Below, piece by piece: positions 56,247 to 64,000 of a stretch of 64,000 nt of DNA. The first letter of the stretch is position 1, and each line of letters begins with the position of its first letter. Source of the DNA: Candidatus Thorarchaeota archaeon (GTDB taxonomy: Archaea > Asgardarchaeota > Thorarchaeia > Thorarchaeales > Thorarchaeaceae); contig JAIZWL010000001.1 of NCBI GenBank assembly GCA_021498125.1, positions 1,104,099 to 1,168,098 of the forward strand. The letters are read 5' to 3'. A program made the translations under genes and the position numbers. The notes under the pieces were generated by a model. The model saw only the letters and a program-made list of their open reading frames with translations, did not search any database and was not told the DNA's origin.

Positions 56247-56473
56247 AATGACCTCTCCTTTTACACATAATCTGAATGGTCCCTTATTAATTATGAGTCA
56301 CTGTCACTCTCTGGCGGTGGGAGTGGACATCCAGAAGGAGATGGTGGTCGCCGGTGACTGCCGATCACCGGCTTAGCAGATGTCGTTTATGAGGCAAGAC
56401 ACGGGATGATGACGAAGCACCGTGTCACTTGTTGATGCTCATAATGCAATTTAAGGTCGCCATAATTAAGCGG

Positions 56474-57730
56474 TTAGATTTTCAGAAAGAACGGATTCTC
56501 AAGAGTATCCTTTAGAGCCGCAAGGAATTGTCCAGCAGGTGCACCATCGAGAATGCGGTGATCAACAGCGCAGCTTGCCATCATCATGTGTCTGATGACT
56601 ATCTCATCGTCCACAACAACTGGCTTCTTCTTGATCTGTCCTAATGCCAGAATGGCGGACTCTGGGGGATTGATGACCGGAATGAAGAGGTCAACACCAA
56701 ACGATCCAAGATTTGATATGGTAAAGGTCCCTCCTGAGAGGTCGCCTGCGTCAAGGGATCCCTCGCGTGCTTTCCTTCCGAGGGCCTTTGTTTCCTGAGC
56801 TATCTGAGATATTGATTTCTTATTTGCCGCTTTTACAACAGGCACTATGAGACCATTGTCTGTAGCCACTGCAACACCAATGTTGATGTCCTTGAACAGT
56901 CGGAGCTCATCTCCGACAAGAGTAGCATTGAATCGTGGGAATCGCTCTAAGACATCGGCAACGGCCTTTATGATTATATCATTGAATGAGACCCGAATCC
57001 CAAGTTCTCTGGTCGTGCGCTCATTGATCTCCTCTCGGAGGGCGACAACCTCTGTCATGTCGATCTCCGTGATCATGGTGATGTGTGGGTTCTGGGCGCT
57101 CTGAGTCATGCGGCGGGCAATCATCTTTCTTAGGGGTGTTAGGGTCTCAACACCTGCAATAGTCCTCTCGTCAGCCGCATCAATTGCGGGTACAGCTGCT
57201 GGGGTCGGTGATGACTCTGCTGCTGCAACGACATCTTTCTCGACGATTCTGCCATCAGGACCAGTTCCCCGGACATATCGCAGATCCACTCCAAGCTCCT
57301 GTGCTCGCTTCTTTGCGCGCGGAGAGGCCTTGATCCTCCCTGTTGATGGGACTGTTGTCGTCACTGGTTCTGCCTTACTGGTCGCGGCTGTAGGCTCCTG
57401 AGCGGTCTGGGTTGTTGTTGTAGGTGCGGCTGATGCTTCCGTCGCCTTTGAAGGATTAAGTTTACGAGGTCGTGCGTCAGGGATTTTTTCACCCGGTTCT
57501 CCGATGTATGCGATTGGTTCACTGATTGGAATCTCGTCATCCACATCTGCAAGAATCTTGAGGATTACTCCATCAGCAGGTGCCTCCAGCTCGAACTCAT
57601 TCTTTTCACCAAAGATCTCTACAACGGGGTCTCCCGCCTTGACCTTGTCGCCCTCTTTTTTCAACCACTTGAGGATGACTCCATATTCCATGGCAACACT
57701 CATTCGTTGCATAATCATTGTTGTGACCAT
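56474..57730 (-). CDS. Dihydrolipoamide acyltransferase (E2 component of a 2-oxoacid dehydrogenase complex)
   Basis: The lipoyl domain is 'GVILKWLKKEGDKVKAGDPVVEIFGEKNEFELEAPADGVI'. The E3/E1-binding domain is 'ASPRAKKRAQELGVDLRYVRGTGPDGRIVEKDV'. The catalytic motif is 'DHRILDGAPAGQFL'. The ORF opens at 57868, but the first 46 codons encode a basic low-complexity peptide. The start is taken at ATG 57730 (ATGs 57718 and 57712 are also possible). Confidence 0.85.
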   Translation of the reverse strand: MVTTMIMQRMSVAMEYGVILKWLKKEGDKVKAGDPVVEIFGEKNEFELEAPADGVILKILADVDDEIPISEPIAYIGEPGEKIPDARPRKLNPSKATEASAAPTTTTQTAQEPTAATSKAEPVTTTVPSTGRIKASPRAKKRAQELGVDLRYVRGTGPDGRIVEKDVVAAAESSPTPAAVPAIDAADERTIAGVETLTPLRKMIARRMTQSAQNPHITMITEIDMTEVVALREEINERTTRELGIRVSFNDIIIKAVADVLERFPRFNATLVGDELRLFKDINIGVAVATDNGLIVPVVKAANKKSISQIAQETKALGRKAREGSLDAGDLSGGTFTISNLGSFGVDLFIPVINPPESAILALGQIKKKPVVVDDEIVIRHMMMASCAVDHRILDGAPAGQFLAALKDTLENPFFLKI

Positions 57731-57889
57731 GATTTTGACCCCGTGATTCACTTGTGTGTTCTTTTGATTTCTTACGGATGAGTTGGTTGCTGGATTTGGC
57801 TTTTTAATGGTACTGTTTGGTTTGTTCTGTTCTGGTTCGCCTTTACGTTTATAGGGGCGCTTAGTCATTGAAGTATTGTGAATTTAGTA

Positions 57890-60085
57890 ATGACCATTGA
57901 AACGCAGATCGTTGACTTGTTTCGAGAAGTTCTTGGTGGCGCAGAAGTTGTAACAGTATCCGGACGTACAGCTCTCCTGAATCTACGACGACTATATTTT
58001 CAGCAATCAGTAGAGCCGTTTCTCTCACAGGTTCTCGCCAACGTTCCTCACACTTCGTCACGCCCAATGGTATTGCAAATGGTTCACGATTTCTTTTCAA
58101 TAGCCTTTGAGATACTGTATCACTGTAAGACATCTGAGATGATCCGTCTGAAATTGTGTCCAAAGAATTCTCTACCCTTCTGGGTTGCGGATCAGTTCTA
58201 CTTCATGAAGACTAATCCGGACACCCATCCTTTGGATATGACAGTAGATGATATTGTCTTTAGATTTGACACGATCCGAGTCGAGGCCAGTATTGAAGCC
58301 GTGCCCAAGCTCTCTTACTCGTTTGAGGGGATTAAACAAGGGGTCGTATACATTGGAGTGATGAGGTCTCGACGGGTATGGAAAGGGGTACATCGTCTCA
58401 CACAAGATATTCGTAAGGCAGGACTAACTGTTTCAAAGAACGCCGTCTCAAAGGCGATCCGTATTTTTGAACAGCAGTTTCAAGTTGACTACTTTCTTGC
58501 GAAAGACCCGGTGCGCCTTCTCCTTCATTTACTTCAAGGCTGGTCAGTTGAAAGGATGACCACTTTTCGGGATGAAGCTGCTGTGATCGATACTTTCGAA
58601 GATGTGGTCCGTTCTCTCATTGATATTATCGCTCCTTTCGAGCAGGCACTCACGAGACTCTGGGAGCGACCAAAGCCTGTGAACTCCCCACATTATGTGA
58701 TTACACTCGATAAGATAGCTGCAAAGTCTCCTGAGATATTGATAGCACTCTTTCGTCATCGCGGAATGATTCAACAATTAGGTGAATGGATTGACCTCGG
58801 GTTAGTTTCTTCTGAGGACATACTTGATGCAATACTGGTCGCTTCCACTTCTGGCCCGCCTCATCTCAATGAGCAATACGTCCATCTGCCTATTGATACA
58901 CGATACTTTCCGGAACTTGAGTCTTCCATCGGCGATCTCTTGGACAATGATGATGAATTAGACGGTTGGCTTGTACATAGTGATAATTTTCAGGCGCTCA
59001 ACACGCTTCGCGAACGTTTTGAAGAATCTGTCAAGACCATCTATGTGGATCCTCCGTTCAACAAAGACTACAATGCAGGATTTTCTTACACGGTCAACTA
59101 TAGTGACAGTGCTTGGGTCACATTACTTGATAACCGCTTTAGGATCGCACGAGGTCTTCTTCGCTCAGATGGTTCTATACTTGTTCGCTGTGATTCAAGT
59201 GGAAATATGTATGTGCGACTATTAATGGATGACATCTTCGGACGTGATAACTTCAGAAATGAGATCCATGTCAGGCGCTTCAGGAAAAATGTCACGAGTC
59301 AAGTGGTTCGTAAATTGCCTGCCGGACTGGACACGATCTTTGCCTATGCCAAGTCTGATGCCTTTGCATATGTGAATCCGGTCAGGCCACGGAAAAAGAT
59401 CCGTAAGGGCTTCTGGAGACATATGAATGACTCCTCTGGAGCTGGAACCCCCAAGACATTTTTCGGAAGAACGATTGCGCCGCCTGTTGGAAAACATTGG
59501 AAATATTCACAGCGACGGATCGACAAGATGATTGAGGAGAATAAGATCGTCCTTCAATGTGGACAATGCGGGCATTTGCATACCCGTGACGATGGGCAAT
59601 GGGATGGCTGTCCAAAGTGCGGTGCCGATGATCCTGTACCACGATATTGGGTGAGTGAGAAGGATGTCGATGTTCTCGACTCCAATTGGAGTGATATCTA
59701 CGGGTACTCTACAACTTGGGGCTTTCAGACCGAAAACTCGGAGCCGCTCCTGCAACGGATCATTGAGACCACAAGTCATGTTGGTGATCTCGTGATGGAC
59801 TTCTTTCTTGGAAGCGGAACGACCGTTGCTGTGGCGCAGAAACTACATCGTCGTTGGATCGGTGTCGAGATGGGCGATCACTTCTTTACGACTGTGCTGC
59901 CTCGAATGAAACAGGTTCTTGCAGGAGAGCAATCTGGGATCTCAAGCGAGGTCGGTTGGCGTGGTGGTGGGGCTCTCACGTATTTTTCAGTGGCACAATA
60001 TTGGGATGTTGTTCAGCATGCAATTCTGAATGGTTCCCAAATATATGAAAAAATTAGTAAGGCCGAAACAAGAGGTTCGTCATGA
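57890..60085 (+). CDS. Beta-class N6-adenine/N4-cytosine DNA methyltransferase (N6_N4_Mtase family) with a long N-terminal domain
   Basis: Motif IV 'VDPPF' (about 59045-59059) precedes motif I 'DFFLGSGTT' (about 59798-59821), the beta-class order. A zinc ribbon 'CGQCGH...CPKCG' is inserted at about 59560-59625. The ORF opens at GTG 57878, and the first ATG is at 57890. Confidence 0.85.
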   Translation: MTIETQIVDLFREVLGGAEVVTVSGRTALLNLRRLYFQQSVEPFLSQVLANVPHTSSRPMVLQMVHDFFSIAFEILYHCKTSEMIRLKLCPKNSLPFWVADQFYFMKTNPDTHPLDMTVDDIVFRFDTIRVEASIEAVPKLSYSFEGIKQGVVYIGVMRSRRVWKGVHRLTQDIRKAGLTVSKNAVSKAIRIFEQQFQVDYFLAKDPVRLLLHLLQGWSVERMTTFRDEAAVIDTFEDVVRSLIDIIAPFEQALTRLWERPKPVNSPHYVITLDKIAAKSPEILIALFRHRGMIQQLGEWIDLGLVSSEDILDAILVASTSGPPHLNEQYVHLPIDTRYFPELESSIGDLLDNDDELDGWLVHSDNFQALNTLRERFEESVKTIYVDPPFNKDYNAGFSYTVNYSDSAWVTLLDNRFRIARGLLRSDGSILVRCDSSGNMYVRLLMDDIFGRDNFRNEIHVRRFRKNVTSQVVRKLPAGLDTIFAYAKSDAFAYVNPVRPRKKIRKGFWRHMNDSSGAGTPKTFFGRTIAPPVGKHWKYSQRRIDKMIEENKIVLQCGQCGHLHTRDDGQWDGCPKCGADDPVPRYWVSEKDVDVLDSNWSDIYGYSTTWGFQTENSEPLLQRIIETTSHVGDLVMDFFLGSGTTVAVAQKLHRRWIGVEMGDHFFTTVLPRMKQVLAGEQSGISSEVGWRGGGALTYFSVAQYWDVVQHAILNGSQIYEKISKAETRGSS

Positions 60086-60190
60086 CTACATGCTGCGAGA
60101 GCAATCTTACAGACATATGCCCTCTTCTTGCCCTGCATGTTTCGGCCAATCACATTATATGCTCTGTTTCATCGCATAGATCATTGGTTG

Positions 60191-62872
60191 CTACGAGTCT
60201 TTCGATTTAATTACTATTATAACGACTATTGCCACTACTCCAAGTCCTATTACAGCTCCCAATGGAATCATTGTCGAAGGTGATGCAAGGATTTCAGGAT
60301 TCTCTATATTTGTAGTATTGCTGGCAGTAGAACTACTAGTTGTAGTAGAATCAACTGTGGTAGTGCCACTAGTGGATGTCTGTTGTCCGGTTGTTGTGGA
60401 TGTTGTTATTGGTTCATTGACCGCAAGTGACACAACTTTATTGTATCCTGTTGATGTTTCCGCCGAAATTGTATGCTCATCACTAGATGCAGTGATATCT
60501 GGAAAGGTACCAACATCAAAGTTCATGTCTTCCACAAATCTGTTTAATGTATTTGTAAAATTGACATTGACCTGCCAGTCGGTTGCAAAGTTTAGATTGT
60601 ATTTCATATTTGTCAGTTTGACTCCGGAATTTTTGGTCCCACCAATAACATCAATTTTGACATCATGGTGTGTTTTTCCCTCAGTAAAGTCGAGTTTTGA
60701 TTTACTTAGTTTGATTGCAGCATTTTCGGTTTCCAAGTTTGCTGTCATTGAACCTGAAATTTTAGGTTGGGCAACAATGTATACATCTGATACAAAATAC
60801 TTCAAAGTGTTTATCGCCCCACCAACTGTTGATGCGCCCAAAAGGTCTGAGAGGATACGCAATAGATGTATCTTTAATGTGCAATCAAGCATCGTTGAGA
60901 GAAGATCCGCGCTTGTGGAGAAGTCTGATACTGTGAACCACCCTTGGTGATAGTTTCCTGTCAAACTTTTTCCAGAAAATCCTATCGCAGATACAAGTTC
61001 AGCAATATCGTCTAGGTTTACGGATAATTCGTAATTGCCCTTATATGTTGCATTTTTCTCGAAGTGAATGAACCACCAATGGAAGACATATCCAAGGTTA
61101 ATTTCGTAGTCAAATTTAATGATGATTTTGTTTTGTGACAAGGTCAGATCAATACCCATATCATATGTATTTCCTGCAGTAACTGTACTTGGAATATTCA
61201 ATGAGATTGTTGCTGGGACTATAAATGATAGCCCCAAATCGATATCATAATACAATCCATTTTGTTTGTAATTTTGAGCAGATTCGGTATAATGCACTAC
61301 CTCTTCATAACTATCAACAACATATGGAAATACAAAGGGATTATGTAACATATCCAAGGTCAATGACATATTCTCTGGAACTCTATAATCCGCTCCATTC
61401 CATAGGTTGGCCCCCTCATAGACATTTATGTCTGATTGAAATGCTTCATCCAGATGTAGATACCCTTGATCGATAATATCCTTTGTCAAAGGTTCCAAAT
61501 AGGGCAAAGTGGCCTCTACACTTCCAAGAGGTATTCCTAATTCCATCTGATGATATGTATTTGTTATCGACAAAATTGGTACCTGCATGTAGGGTGTCAC
61601 TCCATGAGTAGTGGACCAGTGGTATGCAGGTTCGGAAAAATACGTATCAGTTACAGTATAGGAAACGTTGCACGAATCTCCTAACAATGGGGTCAAATTT
61701 TCTGAAACTGACATGTATGCGATTCCTGTTTTTGATGAAGCATATTGGTCTTGAATAACAAGTTTTGGAGGTAGTGTGTGTGATCCCACATCTCTGTAAA
61801 CAATTCTGTAGGGCTCTGAACCAATACTCTTCACAAAAAGCAGCAACGGTTCGTAGTCATAATAATGTCCAAAATTCACTCCAAAATTATCTGTTTCATG
61901 ATCCCAGTAAAATAAGTAATAAATCACATATGCATTTTGACTGATAGAGGAATCGTATCCATAATACACCTGTTCGTAAATGGCCTTTATTGGTACATTA
62001 TCTGCTGCATCAAAATGGTCCAAATAGATTTTCGGCAGATACACATTAGCAATAAGCCACGATCCATCGGCAGATGTTGTAAAATCTGATGGGAATGATA
62101 AGGTTTCGATATTGGAAAATGAAATGGTAATGTATACTGCTAGTTGGACATCGTTATTCCCTCCATCTGGGGGATAATCATTCAGATATACCCACCCACT
62201 ACTGGATCGGGAAGAATATCCATTTAGATTATACCAGATGATCTCACCACCCATGTAGTCATCATAATCCACATCAGACTCCCATCCATCAATTTTGATG
62301 GAGAACCAGCCATTCATACTATAGAGTCCTTTATCAATTGAAATAGATGTGGATATGTAATCCCCGTCATTTCCTACGTAGAAGTTTCCGTCATTATCAC
62401 ATCTATAGTCCGCATAATCGTAATCATTAAGGCGAATATTAAGGTAAACTTCTCCTGCTCCAAAGTCGCGGTCTTCGATGATGTGTATTTTTGTAATAGA
62501 TATGCTCACATCGGTATAGACAACATCTACGTCAGTTACTCGTGTTACTCCATCTGGTAGGTAGTCTTCTATGCTATTGATGACATCCTCTGCTGAACGT
62601 GGGCCATAATCCTTTTGATCAATATAATTACTGGCATGGAATGATTTTGTCAATTGAAATTCAACATCACGTGAAACAGAAGTATATGCAATTTGTTTCA
62701 TATCATTTGGGGATATGTTCTGATTTTGGATATCTCCTGTTCCAGACACACTTGGCGCAAAGGCTGTAAAACATACTATAATCATTACTAGTGCAATAAT
62801 TGCCCTCAACCGTATCACCAAAGAATAATTATCATAGTCACTATTATATATTATGTGTTGATATTCATACAA
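60191..62872 (-). CDS. Large secreted surface protein with Thr/Ser-rich stalk and C-terminal TM anchor
   Basis: A signal-like N-terminus (AIIALVMIIVCFTAFAPSVSG) is present. The C-terminus is 'TTSTTTGQQTSTSGTTTVDSTTTSSSTASNTT' followed by 'IPLGAVIGLGVVAIVVIIVIKSK'. The DNA is markedly AT-rich. Confidence 0.8.
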   Translation of the reverse strand: MYEYQHIIYNSDYDNYSLVIRLRAIIALVMIIVCFTAFAPSVSGTGDIQNQNISPNDMKQIAYTSVSRDVEFQLTKSFHASNYIDQKDYGPRSAEDVINSIEDYLPDGVTRVTDVDVVYTDVSISITKIHIIEDRDFGAGEVYLNIRLNDYDYADYRCDNDGNFYVGNDGDYISTSISIDKGLYSMNGWFSIKIDGWESDVDYDDYMGGEIIWYNLNGYSSRSSSGWVYLNDYPPDGGNNDVQLAVYITISFSNIETLSFPSDFTTSADGSWLIANVYLPKIYLDHFDAADNVPIKAIYEQVYYGYDSSISQNAYVIYYLFYWDHETDNFGVNFGHYYDYEPLLLFVKSIGSEPYRIVYRDVGSHTLPPKLVIQDQYASSKTGIAYMSVSENLTPLLGDSCNVSYTVTDTYFSEPAYHWSTTHGVTPYMQVPILSITNTYHQMELGIPLGSVEATLPYLEPLTKDIIDQGYLHLDEAFQSDINVYEGANLWNGADYRVPENMSLTLDMLHNPFVFPYVVDSYEEVVHYTESAQNYKQNGLYYDIDLGLSFIVPATISLNIPSTVTAGNTYDMGIDLTLSQNKIIIKFDYEINLGYVFHWWFIHFEKNATYKGNYELSVNLDDIAELVSAIGFSGKSLTGNYHQGWFTVSDFSTSADLLSTMLDCTLKIHLLRILSDLLGASTVGGAINTLKYFVSDVYIVAQPKISGSMTANLETENAAIKLSKSKLDFTEGKTHHDVKIDVIGGTKNSGVKLTNMKYNLNFATDWQVNVNFTNTLNRFVEDMNFDVGTFPDITASSDEHTISAETSTGYNKVVSLAVNEPITTSTTTGQQTSTSGTTTVDSTTTSSSTASNTTNIENPEILASPSTMIPLGAVIGLGVVAIVVIIVIKSKDS

Positions 62873-63255
62873 TGTTTCCGAATCAAATAATCCCCTTACA
62901 ATCGAGATTTACTGGAACTATCTAGATGTTGTTGATGAACGAGTCACATCACCTATCTCCACAATGACATGAATTCAGGATTTGCGATTACTACTGACTT
63001 TTCTCTAATTTGTTAGTCCCACCATATGATTGCTTTAATGCTTTTGAGTTGTGGTTTCATCAGTTCCTGATTCTACTCTCTCAATCAATTTGTCCTCATC
63101 TGATGAAGTGTGGGCATTAGACGTAATGTACGTTCTCAGTAGTTATTTTATTAAACTTCCCACTATGTAATTCGGTATTTGCGGTTTGACCTAAAGTAAG
63201 TCATTGTAAGAAATGTTCATAACGCTCATCTTTTCTGCAAATAGTGGTCACTACA

Positions 63256-63795
63256 ATGGGCGAGAAAATTCTGATCTGTTACGGGACACGTTATGGTACC
63301 ACTGCCAAAATCTCCGAATTCATGGCCAATGTTCTTCGCGAGCAAGGTGCTGATGTAGAACTTGTTGATCTAAAGCGCGACCGACCACAACAGGCGCTAG
63401 ATACATACTCACTCATTTTGATTGGAAGTGGTATTCAGATGGGGCGATGGACTGGTGAACCGCTCAAATTTATAAAAAACAATGAGGCCGCATTAGCAAG
63501 GGCACGAGTTGCTATCTATGTTGTATGTGCCTTTGCCGCGAATCCCGAGAAATGCGATTTTGTACAAACAGAATTCATTGACAAGGTCTTGGCAAAGTAT
63601 CCTTCCCTGCGACCAGTCGCAACCACTTATTTTGCCGGAATGTATGACTTCAGCAAGTATAACCGCTTTATTCGTGCACTGGTGAGAAAGATCATTAAAA
63701 GTGAGAACAAATTCACTGAGCCAATCCCCGAGAAGATTGACTACCGCGATTGGGACAAGATCCGAGAATGGGCGGTCGGACTGGTTGCAGCATAA
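63256..63795 (+). CDS. Flavodoxin-like protein (HemG/flavodoxin_5-like)
   Basis: The segment 'KILICYGTRYGTTAKISEFMANVL...LILIGSGIQMGRW' is a flavodoxin FMN-binding pattern. The ORF opens at GTG 63244. Confidence 0.75.
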   Translation: MGEKILICYGTRYGTTAKISEFMANVLREQGADVELVDLKRDRPQQALDTYSLILIGSGIQMGRWTGEPLKFIKNNEAALARARVAIYVVCAFAANPEKCDFVQTEFIDKVLAKYPSLRPVATTYFAGMYDFSKYNRFIRALVRKIIKSENKFTEPIPEKIDYRDWDKIREWAVGLVAA

Positions 63796-64000
63796 GTGAT
63801 GATCACATTCGCGCTCTCCGACGCAGGTGATAGCCGCACTTGTTCCTATGATTGAATCACTGATGGCCTTATGATATTCAATCTTGTTTCTTGCCTTTGG
63901 TTGATTGTACGAGTGTGCAAAATTAGCACAATGTTTTAATTCTTTCATATCGAATTATTGGTATTAATCAGGTGGGGACATACTAATGACTACTGTTACG

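Noticed and set aside
57731-57868. 46-codon N-terminal extension of the E2 ORF (MTKRPYKRKGEPEQNKPNSTIKK...)
   Set aside because: It is a basic low-complexity peptide not seen in E2 proteins. Using it would leave only 9-21 nt for the divergent promoters shared with the methyltransferase gene. Internal ATGs lie just before the lipoyl domain.
62900-63130. UGAUGA (C-box-like) motifs in the AT-rich spacer upstream of the flavodoxin gene, as possible C/D-box sRNAs
   Set aside because: No correctly spaced CUGA D or D' boxes or terminal stem could be found around either motif.
63493-63948. 151-aa minus-strand ORF
   Set aside because: Most of its length is antisense to the flavodoxin-like gene, which has clear FMN-binding motifs. 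The ORF itself has no recognisable motif.
63987-64000. Possible start of a further plus-strand gene (ATG 63987 preceded by AGGTGGGG)
   Set aside because: Only 14 nt fall within the window, which is too little to support a call.

Overview
The window looks like archaeal chromosome, most likely from an Asgard (Thorarchaeota-like) lineage. That attribution is an inference from gene content: a Rab-like small GTPase fused to an FG-GAP beta-propeller, a single-domain gelsolin-like protein, a geranylgeranyl reductase, IorAB, many TrmB-like wHTH proteins and GGTGA/GGAGG Shine-Dalgarno motifs. I found no rRNA, tRNA, transposase or integrase genes. About 50 protein genes are supported. The main landmarks are listed below.

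- **Giant surface protein (1801-8535):** a 2,244-aa protein with an FG-GAP propeller and roughly 70 thrombospondin-type-3 Ca-binding repeats. Its start is translationally coupled to an ABC-2 ATPase gene.
- **CRISPR array (8609-13182):** 69 repeats of 29 nt. No recognisable cas gene occurs anywhere in the 64 kb.
- **Carrier-protein cassette (43.8-46.4 kb):** a bacterial-style phosphopantetheinyl transferase, FkbH-like loader and acyl carrier protein, set among glycan-modifying genes.
- **TrmB-like proteins:** four in total, one carrying a roughly 800-aa helical insert.
- **Other points:** a free-standing ThrRS-editing-domain homologue, an orphan beta-class DNA methyltransferase, an AT-rich segment encoding a large surface protein, and a GC-rich structured intergenic element at about 38.35-38.47 kb.

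All functional calls come from motif reading of the supplied translations. No database search was possible.
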